This document shows, piece by piece, positions 52,944 to 61,589 of a stretch of 64,000 bases of DNA. The notes beneath the pieces were generated by a model. It was given only the letters and a program-made list of their open reading frames with translations, searched no databases and was not told where the DNA came from. The stretch is from contig OZ244653.1 in assembly GCA_965218795.1 (NCBI GenBank), positions 2,304,001 to 2,368,000 on the forward strand, given 5' to 3'. The position numbers and the translations under genes were made by a program. The number at the start of each line of letters is the position of its first letter. Position 1 is the stretch's first letter. The stretch is from a bacterium. GTDB taxonomy: Bacteria > UBA8248 > JACPRG01 > G963555815.

Positions 52944-54167
52944 ATGAACAACATATTGGCCGGTCTGCGAATTGTGGAGGGTTCCGCGTTTATCGCGGCC
53001 CCTTCCGCCGGGATGACACTGGCTCAATTGGGGGCCGACGTGATCCGCTTCGACACCATCGGGGGCGGCATCGATTATCGGCGTTGGCCGGTGACCCAAG
53101 AGGGAAAAAGTCTCTATTGGGCCGGTTTGAACAAGGGCAAGCGGTCCATTGCCGTCGATTTTCGAGAGCCCGAAGGCCGGGAACTCTTGACCGAGCTCAT
53201 CACAAGACCCGGCCGGGACGGCGGTATCTTCTTGACCAACTTTCCAATGACGGGCTGGCTGGCCTACGAATCGTTGAAGCGGAGACGGGAAGACCTCATC
53301 ATGCTCGCCATTACGGGGAATCCGGACGGTACTTCCGAGGTGGACTACACAGTCAACTGCGCCACGGGTCTGCCTATGATTACGGGTCCGGAAGAAGGCG
53401 GCGGACCGGTCAATCAGGTCCTGCCCGCATGGGATCTAATCACAGGGCTGACCGCGGCCACGGGCCTTTTGGCTGCCGAGCGTCACCGCCGGGAAACCGG
53501 AGAGGGACAACAGATCAAGCTCGCGCTCTCAGACGTCGCCTTCGCCGCCATGGGCCACCTTGGTTTCATTGGGGAGTTTCAGGTCAATGGGGAGGAACGA
53601 CGCGGTTCCGGAAATGACCTGTATGGAGCATTCGGCCGGGACTTCCCCACGAAGGACGGTCACCAGGTGATGATTGTGGCGGTGACCCGGCGTCAGTGGA
53701 GGACGCTGGTCAAGGTCACCGGCCTCGAGGATGTGATCCGGGGTATCGAAGCGGAACATGGACTTGACTTCGATGAAGAAGGAGACCGCTTCCAGGCCCG
53801 GAAGGATCTGAATCGAGTCATCGGGAAATGGTGCGTGGAGCGTTCTTTGTCCGACATACAGTCGGACTTCGAGGATTCCGGCGTGTGCTGGGGCAACTAC
53901 CGAAGCGTTTCGGAGATGATCAGCAACGACAACCGGGTCTCTCCGATGAATCCCATGTTCGAAGAGGTCGATCATCCGGGCATCGGGCGGTTCCTGGTGC
54001 CGGGATCCGCCCTTGACTTCGGAGCCGCGCCTCGCGAATCCGTCCGTCCTGCGCCGGTGCTGGGCGAGCACACCGATGAAATCCTGGCAGAGGATTTGGG
54101 ATTGAGTGCGGCGGAGATCGCCGGTCTCTACGAAAGGAGGATCGTCGCGGGACCCATCGACGATTGA
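52944..54167 (+). CDS. Family III CoA-transferase, mesaconyl-CoA C1-C4 transferase (Mct)-like
   Basis: VEGSAFIAAP, GGGIDYRRWP, WAGLNKGKRS, SEVDYTVN, LPAWD, LYGAFGRDF. Confidence 0.85.
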   Translation: MNNILAGLRIVEGSAFIAAPSAGMTLAQLGADVIRFDTIGGGIDYRRWPVTQEGKSLYWAGLNKGKRSIAVDFREPEGRELLTELITRPGRDGGIFLTNFPMTGWLAYESLKRRREDLIMLAITGNPDGTSEVDYTVNCATGLPMITGPEEGGGPVNQVLPAWDLITGLTAATGLLAAERHRRETGEGQQIKLALSDVAFAAMGHLGFIGEFQVNGEERRGSGNDLYGAFGRDFPTKDGHQVMIVAVTRRQWRTLVKVTGLEDVIRGIEAEHGLDFDEEGDRFQARKDLNRVIGKWCVERSLSDIQSDFEDSGVCWGNYRSVSEMISNDNRVSPMNPMFEEVDHPGIGRFLVPGSALDFGAAPRESVRPAPVLGEHTDEILAEDLGLSAAEIAGLYERRIVAGPIDD

Positions 54168-54241
54168 TGTCCCGAGGGCGCCCGCCGTCGATAACGGCTC
54201 CGCTTTTTGATTTGCGGCAATCGATGCAGGAGGATGGCGAC

Positions 54242-54445
54242 ATGCCGGTGATCATCGTGAAGGCCCGGGAAGGCGTTCTTGAAGGCCGTGAGGTGAAGGG
54301 CCAGCTGATCGAAGACTTGGCTTCCGCGTTTGCGAAAGCCGCGCAGGATGAGACCTATCGAAGCAGGGTGACGGTCGTGATTGACGAGGTTCCCGATGAG
54401 AATTGGGGGCGGGCGGGAAAACAGGTCCAGCCGGACGGCGCCTAG
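54242..54445 (+). CDS. 4-oxalocrotonate tautomerase family protein
   Basis: Met-Pro start (catalytic Pro1), 67 aa, VVIDEVPDENWG. Confidence 0.85.
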   Translation: MPVIIVKAREGVLEGREVKGQLIEDLASAFAKAAQDETYRSRVTVVIDEVPDENWGRAGKQVQPDGA

Positions 54446-54524
54446 CGCGGCGTCTTCCATTCGATGTAGCGCCTTTCCTCAAAGCAGCCCTGGATGAGTC
54501 AGAAGGCCCCCCACGGCTGAACCA

Positions 54525-55553
54525 TCATCCGGGGATGGGGAACCGCTCCCGCCAGCGCGGAAGCGCGTCGGGATTCTTCAGGTAGCGGGGGACCTCGCCC
54601 CCGAGGGCGGACAGCAGGTTTTCCGCCGCGGCCCACACCATGCTGCGCCGCGCGCTCTCCGTTCGCCAAGCGAAATGCGGCGTCAGAAGGGCGGTGGGCA
54701 TGGACCGAAGGGGATGATCCATCGGCGGGGGCTCGTGGCGGAAGACATCCAATGCAGCCCCGGCGATCCACCCTTCGCGCAGGGCCCGAACCACGGCCTC
54801 CTCGTCGAGGAGCTCGCCCCGCGACGTGTTGACCAGATAGGCGGTCGGCTTCATGCGGCGAAGCGCTCGTTCACCGATGAGCCCGCGCGTTTCGTCGGTC
54901 GCCACGGCGTGGAGCGTGAGAACATCGGAGGATTCCAGCAGGGCGTCGAGATCGACCCGCTCGACGCCGGCTTCTCGAAAGACGTCCTCCGTAACGCAGG
55001 GGTCGTGCGCCTGGACCGATCCCGCCCATCCGGCGAGCCTGGCGGCGACGGCCCGGCCGATTCGCCCGAAACCGAGGATCCCCACGGTCAGCGCGCTCAG
55101 GTTGACGGGCATGAGGCCGGTCCCCCTCCAGCCTCCCCCCCGCATGAACTCCCGGGAGGCGTCCAGCTTCTTCACGAGGTTCAGCATGAGGGTGAGCGCG
55201 TACTCACAGACCGATTCCACGTTCTCGGGGACGGGGGTGTAGCCGACGAGGACACCGGCTTGGCTCGCCGCGTCCACGTCGATCTTCTCCGTCCCGATGC
55301 CGTACTTCGAGAGGATCCGGAGGCGCGGGCAGGACGCGAAAAGTTTTCCGGTATACCGCTCGCGGGAGGCGCCCATGACGGCGTCGGCGTCGCGGGCCAT
55401 CTCCACAAGCTGGTCTTCGTCGTAGCAGGGACGGGTGGTTTCCCAGTTGGGGACTCCCAGGACCAGTTCGCACCCGGCTTCCTCGAGGGCGCGGTGGGTC
55501 TCCAGCGTGGTGTCCCAGGGCTCGTTGATGACGACCTTCCACGGTTTGGGCAA
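54525..55553 (-). CDS. D-2-hydroxyacid dehydrogenase (SerA-like catalytic core)
   Basis: GILGFGRIG, VNTSRG, ALDVFRHEP, LTPH. Confidence 0.92.
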   Translation of the reverse strand: MPKPWKVVINEPWDTTLETHRALEEAGCELVLGVPNWETTRPCYDEDQLVEMARDADAVMGASRERYTGKLFASCPRLRILSKYGIGTEKIDVDAASQAGVLVGYTPVPENVESVCEYALTLMLNLVKKLDASREFMRGGGWRGTGLMPVNLSALTVGILGFGRIGRAVAARLAGWAGSVQAHDPCVTEDVFREAGVERVDLDALLESSDVLTLHAVATDETRGLIGERALRRMKPTAYLVNTSRGELLDEEAVVRALREGWIAGAALDVFRHEPPPMDHPLRSMPTALLTPHFAWRTESARRSMVWAAAENLLSALGGEVPRYLKNPDALPRWRERFPIPG

Positions 55554-55616
55554 TCCCGATCCACTCCTGAAAAGATGTGAGAACCGACGATCAGATGGTC
55601 ATTATCGTTAAAAAAG

Positions 55617-56085
55617 TGTATGACCAGGCTTCATTCCTCACAGGTTGGATAAACTTCCTGACCGTGTCGATGGGTCGGCTGTCCATGTTGCGACAGCCCT
55701 GATGAGGACGCTCGGTGTTGTAGAACTCGACGAGGCGTCTTGGCGAGGCGTCTTGGCGAGGCGTCTTCAGGTACGTGTGCAGGGCCTTTTCTCACAACCC
55801 GTCCTCTGGTGCCTGGATTCCTGCTGGAGCCTGTCCTCGAAGGCTTTTATCGGGGGCAGGAATCCAGGGAGGGGGTCAGCGGGCAGGCTGCCACAGGAAG
55901 CCGGGGGCCGGGCCCCTGCTGAATACATGCAGGGGCAGGCCCCATACGTTACCCGGTTCGCGCGTCAACTCCAGAACGCTCAGTCGATGCTCGGCCGGCT
56001 CGCCGCCGCGCGCTTCCCATTACCTCTCACCTTCGACAACCTCCTTATCAGTATGAAATGGCACGGAAAGAAGGTTAAGCGGACA
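55617..56085 (-). mobile_element. Internally deleted IS481-family element
   Basis: N-terminal remnant AEHRLSVLELTREPGNV (~55995-55945), C-terminal remnant FYNTERPHQGCRNMDSRPIDT; TGT..ACA ends with imperfect IR (13/21). Confidence 0.7.
55731..55767. repeat. 13-bp tandem repeat, ~2.8 copies
   Basis: CGAGGCGTCTTGG-CGAGGCGTCTTGG-CGAGGCGTCTT. Confidence 0.9.
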
Positions 56086-56442
56086 CATGATTCAAGTAAA
56101 TATGGACCCGATATCAACGAAAGTCAAACGAAAATATATTGTTCAAATCGATCCGGGTTTCCAGACGGGACGGAGAGGCAATCGGCTGAAGCCTTTTTCA
56201 AAAGAAAGGGCCGGCGCGGAGACCCGCCCGTGCAATCAACCGACGTCTCCGGGCCGTAGGGGAAGGCCCCCGCCCCCTTCCGTCTGAACGAACGGGTATC
56301 CCCTCCTGCGTTCCGTAGAAGGGTTAAGGGAAACGACTCGACCAGGGGCGATTCGGAAGCCTCGGAGCAACGGAATGATCAGATGGTATCGGGGGCGGGG
56401 CACAGCACCCGCTCTATTGTTTGAAAGTATTAAGTACCGTTA

Positions 56443-57560
56443 TCATTCCGGCCCTTCCGCATATTCGTCGAGAACCGTATCAGAGAGATGAGCCAAATGC
56501 GGTTGTCCAGATAGTTCTTTCAGGCTGACGTAGGAAATGTAGGTGCAACTCTCAGCCAATGGGCCGCGGTCGAGCAGAGAAAAGACGGGCCGGCGAATTT
56601 CCGTAAAAACCTTATCCCTTCGCTCGTAGGGGGCAACGATGTGGAGCTTTATGTCCATATTCGGCTGCAAGGCCAAGAGATCGGCCATTCTCAAGATTCC
56701 CGAGTAAATGGAGGTCGTATGTTCAACCTCGAACGCTCGTGCGATTGCTCGTCCCTGTAGCCACAAAACATCGATTTGCTCGATCGTTTTAAGCGTTGTG
56801 TCGTCATAGTGTCGTCATAATTCAGGGGAAGGACCCCCAATAGGGGCGGATTGCCTTTGTCTACAAGGCCCTGGATTCGGTCCCGATCATTACGCGGCAC
56901 CCAAATCTTCATACCCATCTTGGAGCCGATATCGGCGATAAGCGCCTGGATTTTCAATGATTCCCTGATATCGTCACCACCATCGGGTTCTGGCTGGCTG
57001 GATTCGCTCTCAGTGGTTTCCTCCGGAACGGCCACGGAGACGACTCCACCCAATCGTTGCACACGATGGGTGACATGCTTCTGGTACTCACCCTCGTCTA
57101 TCTCATAGACTCTTCCGTTTTGGGCTCGCCGGCGTATCAATTCTTCCAGGAACCGACCGTCTGCCTCGTCCATCTGAACGAGGCTAGCTCGAATTTTTCC
57201 TGTCCAGGTTGACGACTTCTTATCATGTCCCTTTGTAAAAGAGAGAACGTCCCATATTTCATCTTCGTGAATGGGGATGGCTTTCTCGCGGTCCAGCCAC
57301 GCAATGGGCGTGACCATGAACCGAACAATGAACGGGTCGCCCTTATAGAAAAGAGGAGCGTCAACGTCGAACGGACCCTGTTCAACTTCCAATACCCCAA
57401 TCCACCTGGACAATCGTGTCATATAGCAAATGAAGCGATCACCAGGGTGAATCTTGCTTGCTGCAATTCTCTGGCGGGGACGAAACCCAGAGATACGGCG
57501 ATCGGACTGGGAGAAGGCTTCGTAGGTTTCCGGTGAAAATAGGTTGAGAAAATAGGTCAT
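56443..57560 (-). pseudogene. EVE-domain + PD-(D/E)xK nuclease (putative modification-dependent restriction), frameshifted by an 11-bp duplication
   Basis: N-terminal YFLNLFSPETY..SGFR..GDRFICY; C-terminal IDVLWL..AFEVEHTTSIYSGILRMADL; GTGTCGTCATA x2 at 56798-56819; lower GC than flanks. Confidence 0.8.
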
Positions 57561-57728
57561 TGCCTCTCTCTTAATTTTATGACTTGCTTAGATGGTCTTC
57601 TTTATTATACCAGCCATGTTCGGATTGCGGGTAGTTAGCAGCCATTCGGTTTGAGACGAGTGGTCCCGCTATGAGCTCCCGCCCCTGGGCGAGGTGAAGC
57701 TGCTCAAAGGGTTGGGAGAATAGGGTTT

Positions 57729-58195
57729 TTACAATGTCCGGGCTGGATTCTCCGAGTCTTCGGTCCAGCGTGCCGGGTTGTCCATGATGTATCGGCGGAC
57801 ACGATTCAGAGCGGCCTCGTTGCGGATGATACGTTCATGATCATTGCGTTGCCACACCGGCGCGCCGGGGGTGCGGCGTAATCCGTTGATTCGTTTGGAC
57901 ACGGCGGATTTGCATGAACCGACGACCGCACCGATGGAACGTTTCGGCGGGCCGGGTGGACGATGCAGGCGCCCATTTCCACCTGAGAAAAATGGGTGGA
58001 GATTTTCTCCCACATCATTTGCGCTGCCCTCCCGATATTGTTCAACCGCATCCCCCCGTTCACGATTTCGCCGAACAGGCACATCCGGCTCCGGACGCAG
58101 ATGGTCACGAAATACGCGCCCGCCCGCGAATAATCGTAACCGCGCAGCCGGAGCGAACGACGCTGGTGTTTATCGGAGTCATGGCGTGCGATCAT
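57729..58195 (-). mobile_element. REP-associated tyrosine transposase (RAYT/Y1) pseudogene
   Basis: RRSLRLRGYDYS..AYFVTIC, then in another frame WQRNDHERIIR..YIMDNP..W; central HUH (PNHxH) segment missing. Confidence 0.85.
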
Positions 58196-58388
58196 GGCCC
58201 TTTTGTCCTGCCCTGTAGAACTTCATCTCCGTTGTGATAGCGGGACAAAAGGCGGCATGGCCGGCCTGCAAGGCAGCGAGCGTGACGCGCTGTATCGGAG
58301 GGAGAGGGGAACATGCAAACTGAACCACTACCGAGCATTGAGGATGGTTTTTATATCGAAATAATGGGCCTCGACAAAGCCGCTCGCA

Positions 58389-58420
58389 CCCCCGGGCGGG
58401 GATTTCTCCCCGCCCGGGGG
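58389..58420. other. Perfect 14-bp GC hairpin downstream of the binding-protein gene (terminator/stabiliser-like)
   Basis: CCCCCGGGCGGGGA-TTTC-TCCCCGCCCGGGGG; no U-tract. Confidence 0.6.
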
Positions 58421-58450
58421 CGGCGCACCTGTCCGAATTGCTTCAGACCC

Positions 58451-59557
58451 CTATGACGACGGCAGGAATCTCTTGCTCCGATCGCGGACCTTTTTCCATT
58501 GATCGGGCGTAAGCTTCTCCCCTCCGATGAACTGATTGGTGTAGATGCCGTCGATGTCCTTGATGGGGGCCGCGCCCATATACTTCACGACCCGGTCCAC
58601 GCTGTCCTTCACCAGAGACCGTTCCATCCAGCCGATCCCGTTCTTTTCCACATACGGTGATACGCTGATGGCCGAAGCCACGCCCAGGCCGGCTGTAATG
58701 ATCTTTCGGGACATCTTTCCCTTTCCGTAAATGGGCAGTTCCTCCATGGTGATGGCGATGGACTCTTCGGGCTTGAGGAAGCTGTGCGCGATGCCTTTCA
58801 AAGCCCCCTGCACGAATTTCCGGTAGAGCTCCGGGTCTTTCTTGAGACGCTCGGGCTGGGCGATGAAGACCTGGTCCAGCATATCGAGCCCGTGGTCCGC
58901 GTAGAAGATGAAGTCGAAGTTGATCCCACGGGCGATGAGACCGGGGGCAAAGGAGACGATATACGTGGAGACCGCATCGACCTTGCCCGCCAGAATGGAA
59001 GCATGGTAGGCGGCCGGTGAGACCAGCTGCCATTTGACTTTTTTCCCGTCGAATCCGGCCGAGCGGGCAAAGGCGGGGAACAAGGTGTAGCTCCCGCTCC
59101 CGGCCGAGGACGCCAGCGTCATCCCTTCCAGGTCTTTGGGCGTCTTGAGCTTGCGCTCTCTCAAGGTCGCCACGCCCATGGGCGACTTCTGATACCGGGC
59201 GCCCATCGCGATCAGAGACCCGCCCTTGGAGATGACCAGGGCCGCGGGGCCGAAGCTGGCCTCCCCCACGTCGAACTGTCCGGTCGCGATATCCGAGGAG
59301 GTCTTGCTGGAGCCGAATCCCCGGTGAATCTTCACGTCCAGCCCAAGCTTGCGCCAGAACCCCAGCTTCTTGGCCACGAGGGCGTAGCAGTACTGGCCGG
59401 ACGGAATCCAGGCCAGGCGGAAGGTGACCTCCCGCATCTTTTCAGCCCCCGCGTTCTGGATGAAGGCGGGCGCGGTCAGAAGGCCCGCAACGACCGCCGC
59501 GCACGTAAGAAACTTCCTCCATGTGACGGACTTCCCGAATGGGATCCTCCATGTCAT
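58451..59557 (-). CDS. ABC substrate-binding protein, NMT1/THI5/TauA-like
   Basis: Signal peptide, FRLAW, GLDVKIHRGFGS, PKDLEG; GGAGG RBS before ATG 59557. Confidence 0.88.
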   Translation of the reverse strand: MTWRIPFGKSVTWRKFLTCAAVVAGLLTAPAFIQNAGAEKMREVTFRLAWIPSGQYCYALVAKKLGFWRKLGLDVKIHRGFGSSKTSSDIATGQFDVGEASFGPAALVISKGGSLIAMGARYQKSPMGVATLRERKLKTPKDLEGMTLASSAGSGSYTLFPAFARSAGFDGKKVKWQLVSPAAYHASILAGKVDAVSTYIVSFAPGLIARGINFDFIFYADHGLDMLDQVFIAQPERLKKDPELYRKFVQGALKGIAHSFLKPEESIAITMEELPIYGKGKMSRKIITAGLGVASAISVSPYVEKNGIGWMERSLVKDSVDRVVKYMGAAPIKDIDGIYTNQFIGGEKLTPDQWKKVRDRSKRFLPSS

Positions 59558-59582
59558 TGTATGCTTCCTCCTTTGTTCCGGT

Positions 59583-60896
59583 TTACGATGCGACACCGCA
59601 CCAGCGCATCAGGATCAGGGCCGCCATTTGGATGGTCTGGTGGTAGGAGTCGAGATCCACCCACTCGTTCGGGGCGTGGCCCCCCGCCCCTTTCGGACCG
59701 ATATTGACCGTGGGCATGTTCCCGTACAGGACGGTCACGCGGGTGTCGCTGCCCACGGGATTCGCGGCGATGACCGGACTTCTCCCCAGGACTTCCGTCA
59801 TGCACTGATTGACTTCCGTGAGGAAGGGCTCGTCCAGGGCCATCGAAGAAGGTGAAAATCGCAGGGGAAGCCACTCCAGTTCCGGGGGATGCTCTTTGAG
59901 GAAGGGATCCGCTTCTCCGGCGCCCCGGATCGTTTCCGAGACGGCCGCCCGGACGGCCTCCTCCTTCTCGGTGTGAGGATAGGTCAGGATGCATTCAAGC
60001 GTACATTGGCCGGGCACCTGATAGATCCAGTCTCCGCCCTGAATCTTCGAGATGCACAAGGTCGTGGCCCGCGTCGGAAGGCCGCTGGTCGCAAAGGCGC
60101 GCTCGGTCAGCTCATCCCGGACGTGAATCCCCCGGTGGTCATCCAGGTCCCGCAGGTGCTGGACCACTCTCATGGCCTTTTCAATGGCGTTCACGCCCGT
60201 GTGGGCCATCAGTCCGTGAACCGCCCGACCGCGAATCCGAACCCGAAAGGCGATGGCGCCGGATGAGGCAACCTGAACGAGATCGGGCTTGCCCCATCCG
60301 GGATGCGGATAAATGCAGCCGTCCGCCCGAACGCCCTTTTCGATGCACGCCAGGATTCCGCCGCTCCCGCCGATCTCCTCCTCGATGTTGCTCATCAGGA
60401 TGACGTCCCCGCTCAGCTTCACGCCGGCCTCGATCAGAGTCTCTGTGGCGAGGATGACGGCGGCGAGACCGGATTTCATATCCTGCGTTCCCCGGCCGTA
60501 CATTTTTCCGTCTGCGATATCGCCGCCGAACGGGTCGAGCTTCCAGTCCTCCCGCGGTCCTTCCGGCACGGTGTCGATGTGCCCGAAGAGAAGGAGCGAG
60601 CGGCCCCCGCCTCCTCCTTTGAGCGTGCCGATGATGTTGGGCCTTTCCTGGTAATCGCCGAACTCCTCCATGGGGGGCAAATATTCCGGATGACCCTGAA
60701 GGGCATTCAGATCCGGGATGAACTCTTCCACCTCCAGGCCCATCTCTCTGAATTTCCGCACCAGTTCCATCTGGCCGGGACCCTCCATCCCCGTGTGGCT
60801 CTTGATTCGGATCAGGCCGCGCAGGTACTCCTCATGGGCGGTTCGATTCTCTTCAACAACGGAGAGCACTTTTTGTTCGAGAGAGGTCAAAGTCAT
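59583..60896 (-). CDS. M20 peptidase, ArgE/DapE family
   Basis: GHIDTVP, GRGTQDMKSG, EEEIGG, HAPNE. Confidence 0.92.
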   Translation of the reverse strand: MTLTSLEQKVLSVVEENRTAHEEYLRGLIRIKSHTGMEGPGQMELVRKFREMGLEVEEFIPDLNALQGHPEYLPPMEEFGDYQERPNIIGTLKGGGGGRSLLLFGHIDTVPEGPREDWKLDPFGGDIADGKMYGRGTQDMKSGLAAVILATETLIEAGVKLSGDVILMSNIEEEIGGSGGILACIEKGVRADGCIYPHPGWGKPDLVQVASSGAIAFRVRIRGRAVHGLMAHTGVNAIEKAMRVVQHLRDLDDHRGIHVRDELTERAFATSGLPTRATTLCISKIQGGDWIYQVPGQCTLECILTYPHTEKEEAVRAAVSETIRGAGEADPFLKEHPPELEWLPLRFSPSSMALDEPFLTEVNQCMTEVLGRSPVIAANPVGSDTRVTVLYGNMPTVNIGPKGAGGHAPNEWVDLDSYHQTIQMAALILMRWCGVAS

Positions 60897-61052
60897 CGAT
60901 TCATTTCCGATCAGGCAAAACTTGCGGATTAAGAGAGGCGCGTCTCCCCGCCCCCCAGGCCCAAACTCTATCGACGGATGACTGAAGGGTTGAGCTTTTC
61001 AGTCTACCACACGCATCAAGACGACATACAAAAAAATGGGCAACCCGATCTC

Positions 61053-61086
61053 GTAGAGGCTCCGCCTTGGTAGAGGCCCCGCCTTG
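61053..61086. repeat. 17-bp tandem repeat starting with GTAG
   Basis: GTAGAGGCTCCGCCTTG / GTAGAGGCCCCGCCTTG. Confidence 0.75.
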
Positions 61087-61589
61087 ATCGTTATCGGCGA
61101 TCTCCGGTCGTGCCGATCGGAGGCTGGATGGTCGAGCGATTCGAGGCTTCTTCCCCCTCAGTGATGATGGGCAATGGGGCCGACCCCAAGTCCGCCATGG
61201 GAGATCTTTCGCGAGAGCTGACTCCCGGCGGCCCTTCCTTACATATTCCCGGTCTTATAAGATGAGTTTGTTCCTGGAGCTTCATTGGAGCAACCGTAGG
61301 GGAATCTTGCGGAGCGGGCGAAGGACTGGAGCATCTCGTTATCGAGTCGGCCACGCTGCTGGAAACCGAGCTCCTGTTCGTCTCGATCTCGAATCTCGCG
61401 GCCGCGGGAGTGACGGTCTTTCTCCTCTTCTCCCGGATCGATTCCCGCTTCGCCTCATGGAAGGGATGAGCGAGCGGGCCGGTACGGAGCCCGGCCCCTA
61501 CGTGATCATTGAACCAGATTCGATCTCAATGCAGGGGCGGGGCTCCAGCCCGTGGCTGTCCGCACCCGCCCTTCAACTGGAGGTTCGCC

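Noticed and set aside
55645-56259. 204-aa plus-strand ORF
   Set aside because: Lies antisense to the IS481 remnant and crosses the tandem repeat; no recognisable domain.
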